From NCBI RefSeq assembly GCF_000142905.1, contig NW_013657647.1, positions 316,598 to 380,597 on the forward strand: a stretch of 64,000 nucleotides of DNA. The letters are read 5' to 3'. Source of the DNA: Thecamonas trahens ATCC 50062. Its lineage: Eukaryota; Protista; Apusomonadida. The position numbers and the translations under genes were made by a program. Shown here piece by piece: positions 1 through 12,241 of the stretch. The notes under the pieces were generated by a model. That model saw nothing but the letters and a program-made list of their open reading frames with translations. It was not told where the DNA came from and did not search any database. Within the stretch, counting starts at the first letter, position 1; each line of letters starts with the position of its first letter.

Positions 1-2
1 GC

Positions 3-227
3 GTTGCCCAGAAGACCAGCAGCAGGCCTCTCTTGGAGACGTACTTACGCCAGCCGATCTTGGCCGGGTTCTCCACCACACCAAAGGTGGCATTCGGCCC
101 GATGCTAGCCCGATCAGACCTCGAGGTGTGCGACGAGGCCGACGACGCCTTGCGCCGCGCTGGGCTTCCACCGTTCCCACCGCTCCCACCGCCGAGCGCA
201 GGCGACATGCCTCCGTCCGGAGATTGA
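3..227 (+). CDS. Possible 3' end of a gene entering from the left edge (unknown product)
   Basis: Frame open from position 3 to TGA at 225-227; no recognisable motif. Confidence 0.3.
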   Translation, partial: VAQKTSSRPLLETYLRQPILAGFSTTPKVAFGPMLARSDLEVCDEADDALRRAGLPPFPPLPPPSAGDMPPSGD

Positions 228-1322
228 ATGCTACCACCGAGAGGGTGCCGACCCGCTCCATTCGGACCAGGACCATGTCGTCCCGATGCCGCCAGAGACA
301 ACGTCGCCGCAGACGACATGCCTGGTCCACGGCCACCACCGCCACCGCCGCCCGCCGCCAGTTGAGCCAACAACGACGAGCTGTCGCCAGCCTCACGCTC
401 ATGTGTTCCCGAGCGCACACGCACAGACATGCTCTCCCTCCTCTACGTCACGTGTATGGTCTTCTTGAAAAGTCGCTTGCGCGAGGGGGAGGGGGGGAGC
501 GCAGTGAGCGCCGAATGACGCCACCAGTGGGATCGAGCTCGTGCCGTCTTTTTTCACCCACATGTTTTTCCCCCCTCCGCTCCATTCCCGCCCGCAAGTG
601 TGGCTGTTTGTGGCCATTGCGGCTCGGCATGTGCTTGATTGGGGTGTGTGGCTGGTATGGGGGTTGTAGAAGGGGTCAGTCATGAGAAATGGTACATTGA
701 TCGGCGTTGGGAACTGGCTTGTGTGTAGAGAGTGACGGCGGCGGCTTGGTCACGTGACTGCTGCAGTGATGAGCGTCGCGAGCGCGTGGTCCCACGGCTG
801 TAGTTGCACTGATCATAGTTGAGCAGATCATGCGAAAAGGTTACATGCTGGCGAGCTTGTGGCACAGCAGTCCTGGTGCGCACTGCGGTCGTGAAACTGT
901 TCCTGTACCGAGCTCAATGCTCTTGGCAAGGTTGCCCGCTGACCAGGTCCCATGGTTTCCAACGCCGCAACTTGGCCTTCCCTTCCACCCCCCCCCCACC
1001 CCCCCCCCCCACCCCCCCAAACAAACCCAACATCCCCTCCCCCCCCAGGTCCTTCCCCCCCATCCCCAAACTCGATCGAGTGTGCCACAGTTCGAGAGCT
1101 AACCCTCCACAGCGAGTTGATATGAAAAATTTTCTTCCAGTCACGCTTTCCGCAACCTGCCTTGATAAACGAAGCGGCAGAGCGGCGAGAAGAGGGCGGC
1201 GAGTCGGTCGGTTGTTGGGCGGGAATTTTTGCGCGAGCGACGAGCGGTGGACGTGGTGGGGAGGGGGGGGAAGGGAATGGAGAGGCTACCACTGCTCGCT
1301 GTGCAGGAGAGTAATCGTGGAT

Positions 1323-2705
1323 ATGTACACTTCGTATTCTTCATACTCTGACGATGACGAGTTTGAAGAGGAGGGGACTGTAGTGCTGGGAAGTGAGCCA
1401 GCAACGGGTGTTCCCGCCCATGGGAGTGGTGGGCGTGGCGGCGCGTCGTCAGCTGCGCGTTTGAGCGGTCGCAAGCGACGTGCGACACCAAAGGCTGCAG
1501 CTGCAGCAGCTTCTGGAGAAGAGCGCGACGTCAAGCGGAAGGAGTTGCTCGACACTAGTGTGGTCACTATGGGCGCTGCGCTGGCACCTGGTGACAACTA
1601 TGCTGCCGTGGTCCAGGCCTTGCGTCATGGCGCCTCGGATGAGCATGCCAACGATTTGCTGGCGGCCATGAAGGCTATGGTGGCTGATGAGATCCGCGAC
1701 GAGGTGATAGCTCAGGTGAGGGCCGAGGTGGAGGCAAGCTGCAAGACAAAGATGACGCAGATGAGCAGGAAGATGAAGAAGTTGAAGACGCGGTACAAGA
1801 GCCTCAAAGACGAGGTCGCCCAGATGCGTCCGGTCTACTCGGCTTCGCTCACCTTTGCCGACCAGATCCGCCGCGCTGTCAACCTCGACTGGAGCTCGGT
1901 CGGTGGAAGTGGAGACGGCTACGAGGCGAGCGGTGGGAGTGGTGACCGGGGCGGCGCAGGAGCTGCTACCAAGCCGCGGGCCTCGTCGGGCTCTGCTGCT
2001 CCTCAGCAGCAAGCCGAGGCGCACGGGACTCCGATGGCAATGACAGCGCCGGCGGTGACGGCTGACGACGCGGTCCAGGTCATGAGTAGCGAATCTCGTG
2101 CCGCCAAGCCGGTCGTCCTCCCTTCGGGCTTTGGCAACACAGCGGCACTGCTGACGCAGACATGGGCTGGCGACGGCTTTACCCACGAGGACAAGACTCG
2201 CCGCATCTTTGTCTCGGGCGTCATTGCCGCCTCGCTCCGCTGGGCTGTTGCCCGTATTGCGCACCGCAACAACGGTGACCTCTACGACTACATCTGCGCG
2301 GCCGAGGGCGGCTGGAAGCTCCGCAACCGCAAGCCGAGCATGAAGGACGCCCGTGACCTGCTCGACGCCGCTGGCATCCGCGACGACGTCATTGCCGAGC
2401 TTGGCCTCTATGGCGGCTTTCCGGAGCAGACCGAGGTCCTCGCCGCCATCGGTGCCAGCGTGGTGTACGGTACTAACCCGGTCCGCACGGTCAGCCCCGT
2501 TGGCCCGTGGGCAGAGTGCGGCGCCTACACCCGTCTCGTCGGCCTTGTCCGCGCTGTGATCAACAAGGCTCTGGGCCGGACGACCATCAACTGGTACACC
2601 GTTCTCTACAACAACGGCCTCCCCGTAGATATGGTCATTGCCACCTCGTGCAACCCCGACTGGGGCGTCGCGCTCACGCCCTCAGTGACCTCGTACACAG
2701 CCTAG
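1323..2705 (+). CDS. Hypothetical 460-aa protein with acidic N-terminus, basic NLS-like patches, coiled coil and unknown C-terminal globular domain
   Basis: ATG at 1323 (MYTSYSSYSDDDEF); GC3-rich codon usage like neighbouring genes; upstream part of the ORF track entry runs through poly-C DNA. Confidence 0.7.
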   Translation: MYTSYSSYSDDDEFEEEGTVVLGSEPATGVPAHGSGGRGGASSAARLSGRKRRATPKAAAAAASGEERDVKRKELLDTSVVTMGAALAPGDNYAAVVQALRHGASDEHANDLLAAMKAMVADEIRDEVIAQVRAEVEASCKTKMTQMSRKMKKLKTRYKSLKDEVAQMRPVYSASLTFADQIRRAVNLDWSSVGGSGDGYEASGGSGDRGGAGAATKPRASSGSAAPQQQAEAHGTPMAMTAPAVTADDAVQVMSSESRAAKPVVLPSGFGNTAALLTQTWAGDGFTHEDKTRRIFVSGVIAASLRWAVARIAHRNNGDLYDYICAAEGGWKLRNRKPSMKDARDLLDAAGIRDDVIAELGLYGGFPEQTEVLAAIGASVVYGTNPVRTVSPVGPWAECGAYTRLVGLVRAVINKALGRTTINWYTVLYNNGLPVDMVIATSCNPDWGVALTPSVTSYTA

Positions 2706-2755
2706 AACCTGGCGTCGATGTAAAGTATTGGCTTGCCGTTGGCCCCACATCGGTT

Positions 2756-2831
2756 GGCAGCCGTAGTTGTGATCGGCAGCCGTAGTTGTGATCGGCAGCC
2801 GTAGCTGTGATCGGCAGCCGTAGTTGTGATC
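2756..2831. repeat. Tandem repeat, 4 x 19 bp (GGCAGCCGTAGTTGTGATC)
   Basis: Four near-identical adjacent units read directly. Confidence 0.95.
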
Positions 2832-2902
2832 GACTGCGCCCGTCCATCGTCGTGTCATTTGCCGACTCGAGTGACCGCTGCCGCATGTCACGCTTGCTCA
2901 AC

Positions 2903-2973
2903 CAGCAGCAGCAGCAGCAGCACCAGCAACAGCAGCAGCACCAGCACCAGCACCAGCACCAGCAGCACCACCA
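2903..2973. repeat. (CAG/CAC)n microsatellite
   Basis: Direct reading. Confidence 0.9.
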
Positions 2974-3009
2974 CCTGACCCAGCCACCCTTCGAAGCTCT
3001 TCTATTCGT

Positions 3010-3119
3010 ATGGACTGGTTCCGAAGCCGACTGCGTAGTTGGGGCACTCACGAGACCGGGAGCGGGGAGAAGGACAAGGCAAGACATGGCGAGGCTCGGG
3101 TGGTGGAAGCACAGCAAGC

Positions 3120-3163
<44 letters not shown>

Positions 3164-3897
3164 ATGGTGGTGGTGGTGGGGACGGACAAAAGGCGCCTGG
3201 TCCACGCGGGATTGGCGCTGATGGCATGGTGGTGCCCGAGTCGGAACGAGTGGCCGAGGTGGCATTCTGGGCTGCGTATGGACCGGCCAATGGCAATCCC
3301 TTTGTCCATCTGCGCACGGATGAGCCGTGTGTTCCTCGCAAGAACGATCTCTGGCTCAAGATGACCACCTTTTCTTCTTCAAGACGTCGCAAGCGCCGTA
3401 AGAGGCATCACGGCGTCGCTTCAAAGCGAGGTGAGTTTGTCAAGGATGTCACGAAGAAGAAGAACAAGAAGAGCAAGTCAGCCCATGGCGCTGGCAAGCC
3501 GGCTGTCCGATCAGGCTCGGGCTGGCTCGCTGGCCCGCCCATCTTTCGCAGGCAGGCTCTGTCGTCGCCTATTCGCCACGAGGAGGCCGTCGAGTCAGCA
3601 GAGCTAGTTGCTGCGGCAGATGCGAGCGATGGCGGTGGTGACGGTGGTGGCCGCAACGACAATGACGCCAACAACAGCAGTGCCAGCACCGACGCCTGGC
3701 TCCCGCATCCGGTCCCTAGCACGCGAAGACGAACAGGAACTGCGCGATCGGCGCGCGAGGCGGCGAGTCTGATCCTGGAGCGGCAGGGCGTGGCGTCGAG
3801 CGATGGAACCGGCGTGGCGTCGAGCGATGGAACCGGCGTGGCGTCGGGCGATGGAGCCGACGAGGCGTCAGTCCATGAGGGAAAGGGTAAAATGTGA
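3010..3897 (+). CDS. Hypothetical low-complexity protein (poly-Ala from a GCT repeat, Lys/Arg-rich, 3 x 8-aa repeat)
   Basis: 295-aa ATG-initiated ORF; no recognisable domain. Confidence 0.45.
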
Positions 3898-3956
3898 CAA
3901 GAGAGGGAGAGAACGAGAGGCTGTGTGTGTGTGTGCACATGTGTGTGTGTCTTCAA

Positions 3957-4754
3957 TCAGCGGCGGCGCTTGGAGGAGACGTTGATCCAGTGCGAGGCGC
4001 GGGCAACAGCGTAGAGAAGGGCGATGGAGAAGGCAAAGCAAGTGGTGACCGAGACGCCATGAACAGTACCAGCGATGACGATAGCAGCAAAGAGAGAGAT
4101 GGCAGCCTCAGCCCAAGAAGCCTCATGCGAGGAGCCCAAGACGATGACGGCGACGTTGCCCAGGACGAGGAAGCCGAGGACTGTGAGAATAGCGCAGATA
4201 AGACCAGCAAGAATGGTCAGCGGAGGAGAGGCAGCCAGTGTCTCGGCATAGATCTGGAGGAAGGAGAAGAGAATGCCATAGATCAGCGATCCCAGCACCA
4301 CTGTCGACTGAGGTGTTTGCGCTGTATTGCCATGGCGATGGCGATCAAGATCGCCATCGTGATCGCGATCGTGATCAACGAGGGTGGTAACGAGGGTCAG
4401 TGAGAAAAGTGGAGATGGGGTTGAGGGCCGAAGACATGGGATAGAAGATGAATATGTGAGTATGTGCATGTGTGTGTGTGTGGGTGGTATGTATCTTGCT
4501 CCATGGCTTGCCCATGCCCACAACTCCCTCCCAGGTCACTCGGACAGAACCCGCCGCCGTCGGTGACATGAATTTGTAGCAGGCGACGAGCAGCAGCGCG
4601 GGAACCACTAGGGCTGAGGTGGGGTCAGAGCCAGGACCAGGGCCAGGGCGGGCTAGCAGCAGCCAGCAAGAGGCAGCAGAGGTACAGGCAGAGATGGGAG
4701 CATGCAGCACTGGAGGGACTAAGGGGTATGTGGGGAGATTGCTGACTTACCCAT
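3957..4754 (-). CDS. KRTCAP2: Keratinocyte-associated protein 2 (oligosaccharyltransferase subunit KCP2); exons 4754-4751 and 4321-3957, 122 aa
   Basis: HGVSVTTCFAFS matches the family motif HRVxVTTCFxFS; ATGG|gtaagt donor joins tacag|CG acceptor in phase giving MAQTPQST; basic C-terminus. Confidence 0.85.
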
Positions 4755-5646
4755 GACCACTCGTGTCTTGGAAACAAGTACTGCCGCCGCTCGCACAGAC
4801 GGGTTCACACTCGCCGTCGCCCACTACCGCCTTGCCCGCTACAGCTTGATCGGGCGCGGAGTTGATGAGATAGGGATGGGGATGAGTGATCGGAGGCAAA
4901 GTGAGGGTGCGGACGGCGTGTGGAGGAGGGCAGACTGGTGGGGATAGAGTCGAGGGAGGTGCTCTCTGTGGCATCTGGCGAGGTGCGATCGGCGGCTGTG
5001 TTGATGGGATGGGGATGGGGAAGGGGGACAGAACTCGACCTGCAGCATTGTCACCGGCACCGTAGACTAGGCAGCAGCTCTGCTGACAGGCAATGGCATC
5101 ATCGCCATGTTCTTTCTCTGAACATCGTTTCACATGCCGCCCCGCATCGCATTCCAAGAACCGCCCGCCTGGCCGGGTAGCGCCAGCTGACAGCGAGCGA
5201 GAGAGTAGAGAGGACGATCAGCGCTCTCAACGCGCATCCTACGCTTCCTAGACCAATCCAAGCCATGCATTGTCCCACCAAAGTCTTAAACCAAGTGTTC
5301 AACACGCTACGCAGTGGCTCCCATCTGGCGATAGTCCAGACGAGAGCGAGAGCTGCAAGCTCTACCTCACGGCTCTTGCCACTGCCAGCTGTCGATGTGT
5401 GAGACAAGGATCACGGCAGCCTGGACCCGACATCGCCGGCACGCCCGAGCCGATCACATCGATTGGATGACGGCGATATAAGCCAAGTACCACCATGGCT
5501 GTTTGGGCAAAGATGTGGCTGATGGGCGTGACGGACTGTCGGCGACTGCTCCAAGGCGGAGCAATGATTGCGAGTGGCTGGCCGAGTAACCTTAACCGGA
5601 CACACTCAGCTCTCGGCACGCCTCGCACCTTTAGACTCTAAAAAGG

Positions 5647-8600
5647 ATGGAGGATCATGAGTATGTGTACGAGTATACTGAGGAGAGCGGATCATCATGG
5701 GGATCCTCATGGGACCTTGAAGAACGTCCTTCTTTCCGCGAGCGTCAGCCAGGAAGTCCCTCGGCTGTGCCCTCGGTAGCTTTGCTTGAGGCTTCCAACG
5801 ACAACTCGGCCTCGGACAACATGCCAGCTACCTCGCACCAACCTCTGGCTGGCAGCCCGAGGAGAAGAAAGCTCAGCTAGGTATGTGTCATGTCTCTTCT
5901 CCCTTCTCTTCTCTTCCCCACATACCATTGCCCATCACTAACTCTCCCTCTCCCTCTCTCCTGCCTCTCCTGTATACCTGCCGTCCCACCCCTCACCCCC
6001 TCCCCCGTGTGATCTTGATCTTGATCATGATCATGATCAACGACTTGTTGTTGTCTCGACTCGACTGGCTCGGTCTCATTCCGACCATCACCGCCACCAA
6101 TCCGCCTTTCCAACTCTCGACCTCTCTGGATTTTTGCTCTGCGGTGGTTGGTATGGCTATGGATATGGCTATGGCGTCGCTGGTGGCGATGGCTCCTCCT
6201 CTTGCTACTGATTGTCGCATAACTGTTGCTGGTCGTGGCGGATGTGGTGGATGTGGTTTTCTTTCCCCCTCCCTCCTCTCTCTCTCCTCGTCCTGTCGCC
6301 ATGCACTTTCATGGATTGCTGCATTTGCCTACGTCTGCTGTCTGCTGTTGACATAGCTCCGGCTGCGTCGCCCAACGTGTGGTCAATCTACGACACGCTC
6401 GAGGCGCCACCCAAGTTTGATGCTTACCGCACTGGCGGCCGTCGCCGCAAGCCGCTCTCCGAGTTTAAGAACATGTCGACGATGCAGAAGAAAGAGGCTG
6501 CGTCGTTGGCGTCGCAGCTCAAGGCTGCACTCGAAGGCGAGGGCGTGAACGAGGTGCCCGAGGACGAGAATGTGCCCATCATCGACGTCGGCGACGCCGG
6601 CGCCGATCCCTTGGATTCGAGCTCTAAGCTTGGTTGGGCCAAGGGCGTGCTCATCCCGTGCCTGCTCAACATTTGGGGCGTGATCATGTTCCTCCGGCTC
6701 GGTTGGTGTGTCGGCTTTGCTGGCGCGGGGCAGATGACCGTCATCATCCTCCTCGCCGGCGTAGTGACGACGCTCACAACGCTCTCGCTTTCGGCCATTG
6801 CCACCAACGGCGAGGTTAAGGCCGGTGGCGCATACTTTCTCATTTCGCGCAACCTCGGCCCGGCGTGGGGCGGCTCCATCGGCGTCATTTTCTCATTTGC
6901 CAACGCCGTCGCCGTTGCCATGTACATTGTCGGCTTTGCTGAGACCCTCACCGACATCTGGGGCTGGAAGGACCATCCGTTTGGCTCGAACGCGCTCCGG
7001 GTCGTCGGCTTTGTCACCCTCATCATCCTCTTTGCCATGTGCCTCTACGGCGTGGGCTGGATCGCCAAGCTTCAGGTTGGCTTGCTTGTTGTCCTCGTTG
7101 CTGCCATGGGCTCGATGATTCTCGGCGCGCTCATTTCGGGCGCGTGGGGCGCCAAGCCGTCGTCTGGTTTTGTTGGCATCGACAAGGCCAAGCTTGTCGC
7201 CGGAGCCGACTATGGCTCCGAGTCGTTCTTCTCCATTTTTGCCATTTTCTTCCCGGCCGCGACCGGCATCATGGCTGGCGCCAACATCTCGGGTGATCTC
7301 AAGCGGCCATCGGCCGCCATCCCCAAGGGCACCCTCCTCGCCATTGGCATTTCGACGGTGGTGTACATCGGGATGGTGTGGATCATTGCCGCCGTTTCGA
7401 CCCGCGAGAAGCTCAAGACCAACACGCTCATCATGATGGACATATCTGTGGCGGGCCCGGTCATTGTGGCCGGCATCTTTGCGGCCACGCTCTCGTCTGC
7501 GCTGGCTTCGCTTGTTGGCGCGCCGCGGGTGCTGCAGGCGGTTTGCCGCGACCAGCTCATTCCCGCGCTCAACATGTTTGGCAAAGGCCGGCGGTCAGAC
7601 GACGAGCCGATTCACGGGTACATCCTTGTCTTCTTTGTGGCGGTGGCGTGCATCTCGATCGGCGACCTCAACGCCATTGCCTCGCTCATCTCGCAGCTCT
7701 TCCTCCTCTCGTATGGCTTTGTCAACTACGCCACCTTTGCCATGGCGTACTCCAAGCCTCTGGGATGGCGGCCGGGCTTTGTGTACTACCACTGGAGCAC
7801 GGCGGCGTTTGGCGGCATCCTCTGTCTCGGCGTGATGTTCCTTGTCGACTGGACCTTTGCTCTTGTTGCCTTTGTCATCTGTGGCCTGCTCTACGCGTAC
7901 ATCTCGTACCGCGACCCGGACGTCAACTGGGGCTCGGTCAACCTCGCGCGGGTGTACTCGCGGGCGGTCCGAGCCAACATTGCGCTGCAGGCCCAGGAGC
8001 CGCATGTCAAGAACTGGCGCCCGCAGGTCCTGCTCCTCACTGGGGACTTTGCCGCCCGCCTCGCTCTCGTCAAGCTCACTGCGTTCTTCACCGAGCAGGG
8101 CGTGCTCTTCCTGGGCAACATCATCATTGACGACGCCATCAACGACGCCCACAACGACGAGATCGAGGCCGCGGCGGACTGGGTCGTTGCCCACAACGTC
8201 CGCGCCTTCTCAGACGTCACCATTGCGCGCTCCTTCCGCCGTGGTGTCCGTCACTTTATGCTTGTCTCGGGCCTCGGCCGCGCACTCCGGCCCAACACCC
8301 TCGCCATGGGTTTCCGCCACACCTGGCATGACGACGCTGCGGCGTCGCTCGAGTACGTTAACGCCATCCGCGACGCCATGGACAAGAAGCTCGGCCTCAT
8401 GATCATCCGCAATGCCAACCTCGTCGACTTTACTGTTCCCACCTCGGACCCCATCGATGTGTACTGGCTCGAGGACGACGGCGGCTTCACGGCCATGATG
8501 CCGTACATTCTCTCGCGGTCGCACCTCTTCTCCAACGCGCCCATCCGTCTCTTCTCCAAGATCATCTCGCCCGACGCCACCGACGCCGACGACGAGAAGG

Positions 8601-9025
8601 AGCAGCTCGCCCTGCTCATGCGCAAGCTCCGGATCACCACCTCGGAAATCAACCTGCTCACCACGCTCGGCGCGACGCCCAACCCGGCAACGACCGAGTG
8701 GTATGCCCGCTACGAGCTGCTGACCAGGGCGCGGGCCCAGTCCTTCCTCGACGCCCGCGTCTGGGCCGAGGGCGACGAGCCGCTCACCGTGGAGGAGCTC
8801 GAGCAGTACCAGCAGTCTTGGACCGACTACTACCTCCGGCTCGGCGAGCTCATCCACCAGAACTCGGCCAACGCGTCGGCCGTCTTTGTCTCGCTCCGCA
8901 TTCCCGACAACAACGACTCGGCGCTGATGTACATGTCGTGGCTGGAAGCCATCTCGCACGGCATGGAGTGCCCGTTCTTCTTTGTTCGCGGCTCGCACGA
9001 GAACGTTGTCACTCTCGAAGCGTAA
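5647..9025 (+). CDS. Cation-chloride cotransporter (SLC12, NKCC/NCC-like); exons 5647-5880 and 6357-9025, needing a -1 shift in exon 1 (otherwise starts at ATG 6473)
   Basis: Motifs GVLIPCLLNIWGVIMFLRLGW, FFPAATGIMAGANISGDLK, HVKNWRPQ, RGSHENV; donor gtatgt at 5881, acceptor atag at 6356. Confidence 0.93.
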
Positions 9026-9054
9026 ACGCGGCGCTGTTCCGCATCTGCTGCGCT

Positions 9055-11378
9055 TTACTTTGCCCGCTGCTGGTTCTTAAACCGGACAACGAGCGAGCCG
9101 GTGCCGGTCGACCACCCGTTGAGCGCTGCAATAGCCATCTGCGAGGCCGGCTGCGGCGGCTCGTACCGCACAAAGCCGTAGCCCTTGGAGACACCGGTCT
9201 TAAAGTCGATGATGAGTCGGCAGTGCACAATGTTGCCGTACGGCGCAAAGAGGGCGCGGAGGTCAGCCTCGCTCACCGCCGGCGGGAGGTGGGCGACGTA
9301 GAGCGAGTCGCGCTCGCGCGTCTTGTCGGCGGCGCCCTTGCCTCCGCGGGCGTTGTGCTGCGGGCGCCCGTGCTGTTGCTGCGGCGCCCACGCCATGCCC
9401 TGGGGCTGTTGCGGCGGCGGCGCGGCATAGCCGCCTCCCGGAGGCATCATGTGTTGCTGGCCGTGCGGCGGCATGGCGATACCCGGCGGCGGCGGAGCGA
9501 ACGCCATGGGCGGCTGCGGCTGCTGCGGGGCGGGGTAGCCCATTGGGCCGGGCGGGAGCGGATGCGGCGGCGGGTGCGGTGGCGCCTGCATGCCCATGTG
9601 ATGCGGCGGGCCGGGCGGTCCTGGCGGGCCGGGCGGTGGCATGTTCGGGCGGCCCATGTGATGATGTGGCATGGCTGGCGGTGGCATGTAGCCCGGCGGG
9701 GGCATGGCCATGTGCGGCGGACCGTGAAGTGGCGGACCGCCCATGGGCGGGCGGAGGTGCGGCGGTGGTGGGCCGTGGAACCCGGCGTGGCCGGCGCCGG
9801 GGCGGGCGTACGGGTGGGCCCGCGCGTTGCCTGGCGCGCGCATCTTGCCGCCGCCGCGCTTGCGGCGGGCCGACCGGCTCGCCCGCTCTTGGCGCTCGGC
9901 CTCCTTGGCGCGCGCCTTTTCGCGCTTGGCGGCCTCGGCCTGGGCGAGCTTGAACTCGCCGTAGTTGACGGCTTGCGCCACCGCAATCGGCGGGGACGTC
10001 TCCAGCTCGACCTTGCCGGCGACCAGGCCGGCCAGCGCGGCGGCGGCGTGCTCGGCCGTGGCAAATGTGACAAGAAGGTGGCGGACGACTCCGCGGCTCA
10101 TACCTGGCTTGTCGTCATCAAAGGTAATGCTGAGCACCGGTGCATGCGGCGCGATGACAGCCTCAAGCGCCTTGATCACCGCTTCGTTGTCCGGTATCGC
10201 CTCCACCACCACCATGTCAGCCTGTGATTCTCCAGCGGTGGACTCGGGCTCGGGTTCGGTAGCGGGCTCGGGCTCGGGCTCGGTGGCGGGCTCGGACTCG
10301 GGCTCGGGCTCGGTAGCGGGCTTGGGCTCGGGCTCAGTGGCGGGCTCGGACGCGGGCTCGGGCTCGACAGCGGGCGCCGGGGCGTCTGCCGCAGGGACGG
10401 GCAGAGCAGCGGACACGTCGTCGTCGACAGCCTCGGCCATCGGCGCAATCTTGCTCTCGCTGTCGTTTTCGGCAGCGGTGTCGGCAGTGGTGGAAGTGGC
10501 GTTGCTGTCCGCGGTGGCGGTTTTGTCCGAGTTGGCAGCCGTGGAGCGGTTGGCGGGCGGGACTGGGATGACCAGCGAGAGTCTCAGGACAGAGCGGGCG
10601 GCGAGCACATCCAAGCGAGTCTTTTCTCCAGACGCATACTCGATGACCATATCTCCAGTTGTGCACGGAATGGTGGTACCTGCGAGAGCATCGATGGCCA
10701 TATCGGCCTTGTCGACCGACTCGAGCCACACAAATGCGGATCCTGTGCGTCAATGAGATGTGCAGATGTGTTCACGTCGCATCGGCCCAGCGAGTTAGCC
10801 CCGCGAGTCGACCCAGCGAGTTGACCCAGCAAGTCGCGTTGATTGGTCGAGTCGGCCGAGTCATGAGCGAGTCGCATTGATGTGTTCGCGTCGGTCGTGT
10901 TGGTGGTATTGGTGGTGTTGGTGGTATTGGTGGTGTTGGTGGTGTTGGTGGTGTTGGTGGTGTTGATCGTGTTGGTGGTGTTGGTGGTGTTGGTGGTGTT
11001 GTCCGGGTAGTTGACGGTCATCGGTTGGGAGACGGACGGAGGGAGGAGGGGGAGGGGGGAGGGAAACAGGGTGAGTATATGAGGAATACGAAGAGTATGC
11101 AAGATAAAGACAGAGGGCATGTAGAGGAAAGACATAAGTAGCTACGCATGTAGTTTGTATGGAAATAGAGTCGGTATTGAGTACGTACCCGAGAGATTGC
11201 CAGGAGTCTGGTTCCGTGACGGCCGCTGTCGGCGAAGGAGCTCAACCTTGAGGCAACCATAGTCATTCAAGGCATGGCTAATGCCGGTCACAAGCTCTTC
11301 CTCACTCTGCGTAGCAATGGCAAGCGGTTTGATAAATAGCTTGACGGCACTCTCGCTCACTTTCTCAGACTCGTCCAT
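9055..11378 (-). CDS. RNA-binding protein with 2-3 RRMs and Pro/His/Met-rich region; exons 11378-11189 and 10742-9055, 625 aa
   Basis: C-terminal RRM LYVAHL...KGYGFVRY; phase-1 splice (gtacgt...cacag) rebuilds an N-terminal RRM (LFIKPL...GSAFVWL). Confidence 0.85.
10897..11001. repeat. Intronic 9-bp GGTGTTGGT-type tandem repeat
   Basis: Direct reading. Confidence 0.85.
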
Positions 11379-11565
11379 CTAGCCCCCGCCACGAGTCACG
11401 TCTGTCTGTCTGTCCCCCCTCCCTCTCTGTCTTGCCGCCTTGCCGTCTTGCCGCCACCCTCCGCCGCCCTCCCGCCATGCTCACACAACATCCATTCCGG
11501 ATATCTCCCTGTTGTTGTCTCTTAGCAAGCGTGTTGGCCAGTTAGCTAGCCAGAAGATCGGTTGG

Positions 11566-12130
11566 TCTGTCTGGTGATCGGTCTGTGTCTCTGTCTGGTG
11601 ATCGGTTTGTGTCTGGTGATCAGTCTCTGTCTGGTGATCAGTCTCTGTCTGGTGATCAGTCTGTGTGTGGTGATCGGTCTCTGTCTGGTGATCAGTCTCT
11701 GTCTGGTGATCAGTCTGTGTCTGGTGATCAGTCTCTGTCTGGTGATCAGTCTGTGTCTGGTGATCGGTCTCTGTCTGGTGATCGGTCTGTGTCTCTGTCT
11801 GGTGATCGGTTTGTGTCTGGTGATCAGTCTCTGTCTGGTGATCAGTCTCTGTCTGGTGATCAGTCTGTGTGTGGTGATCGGTCTCTGTCTGGTGATCAGT
11901 CTCTGTCTGGTGATCAGTCTGTGTCTGGTGATCAGTCTCTGTCTGGTGATCAGTCTGTGTCTGGTGATCGGTCTCTGTCTGGTGATCGGTCTGTGTCTGG
12001 TGATCAGTCTCTGTCTGGTGATCAGTCTCTGTCTGGTGATCAGTCTGTGTCTGGTGATCGGTCTCTGTCTGGTGATCAGTCTCTGTCTGGTGATCGGTCT
12101 GTGTCTGGTGATCGGTCTGTATCTGGTGAT
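11566..12130. repeat. Minisatellite of about 31 x 18 bp (TCTGGTGATCRGTCTSTG) with a 204-bp higher-order duplication
   Basis: Variant units recur at 11581/11785 and 11661/11865. Confidence 0.95.
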
Positions 12131-12241
12131 TGGCCAGCCAACCAGCCGCCCTCCCTCCCCCCCCTCCCCCTCCCCTCCCCCCCCCTCCCCCTCCCCTCCC
12201 CCCCGCCCACCCCCCACACGTGACTCTACAAGGAAAACAGG

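Noticed and set aside
819-1322. 5' part of the 628-aa ORF
   Set aside because: Non-ATG start, poly-C and promoter-like sequence; coding bias starts at 1323
4530-4710. Possible extra KRTCAP2 exon
   Set aside because: Would need a ~41-nt intron and add non-homologous sequence; the two-exon model gives the expected size
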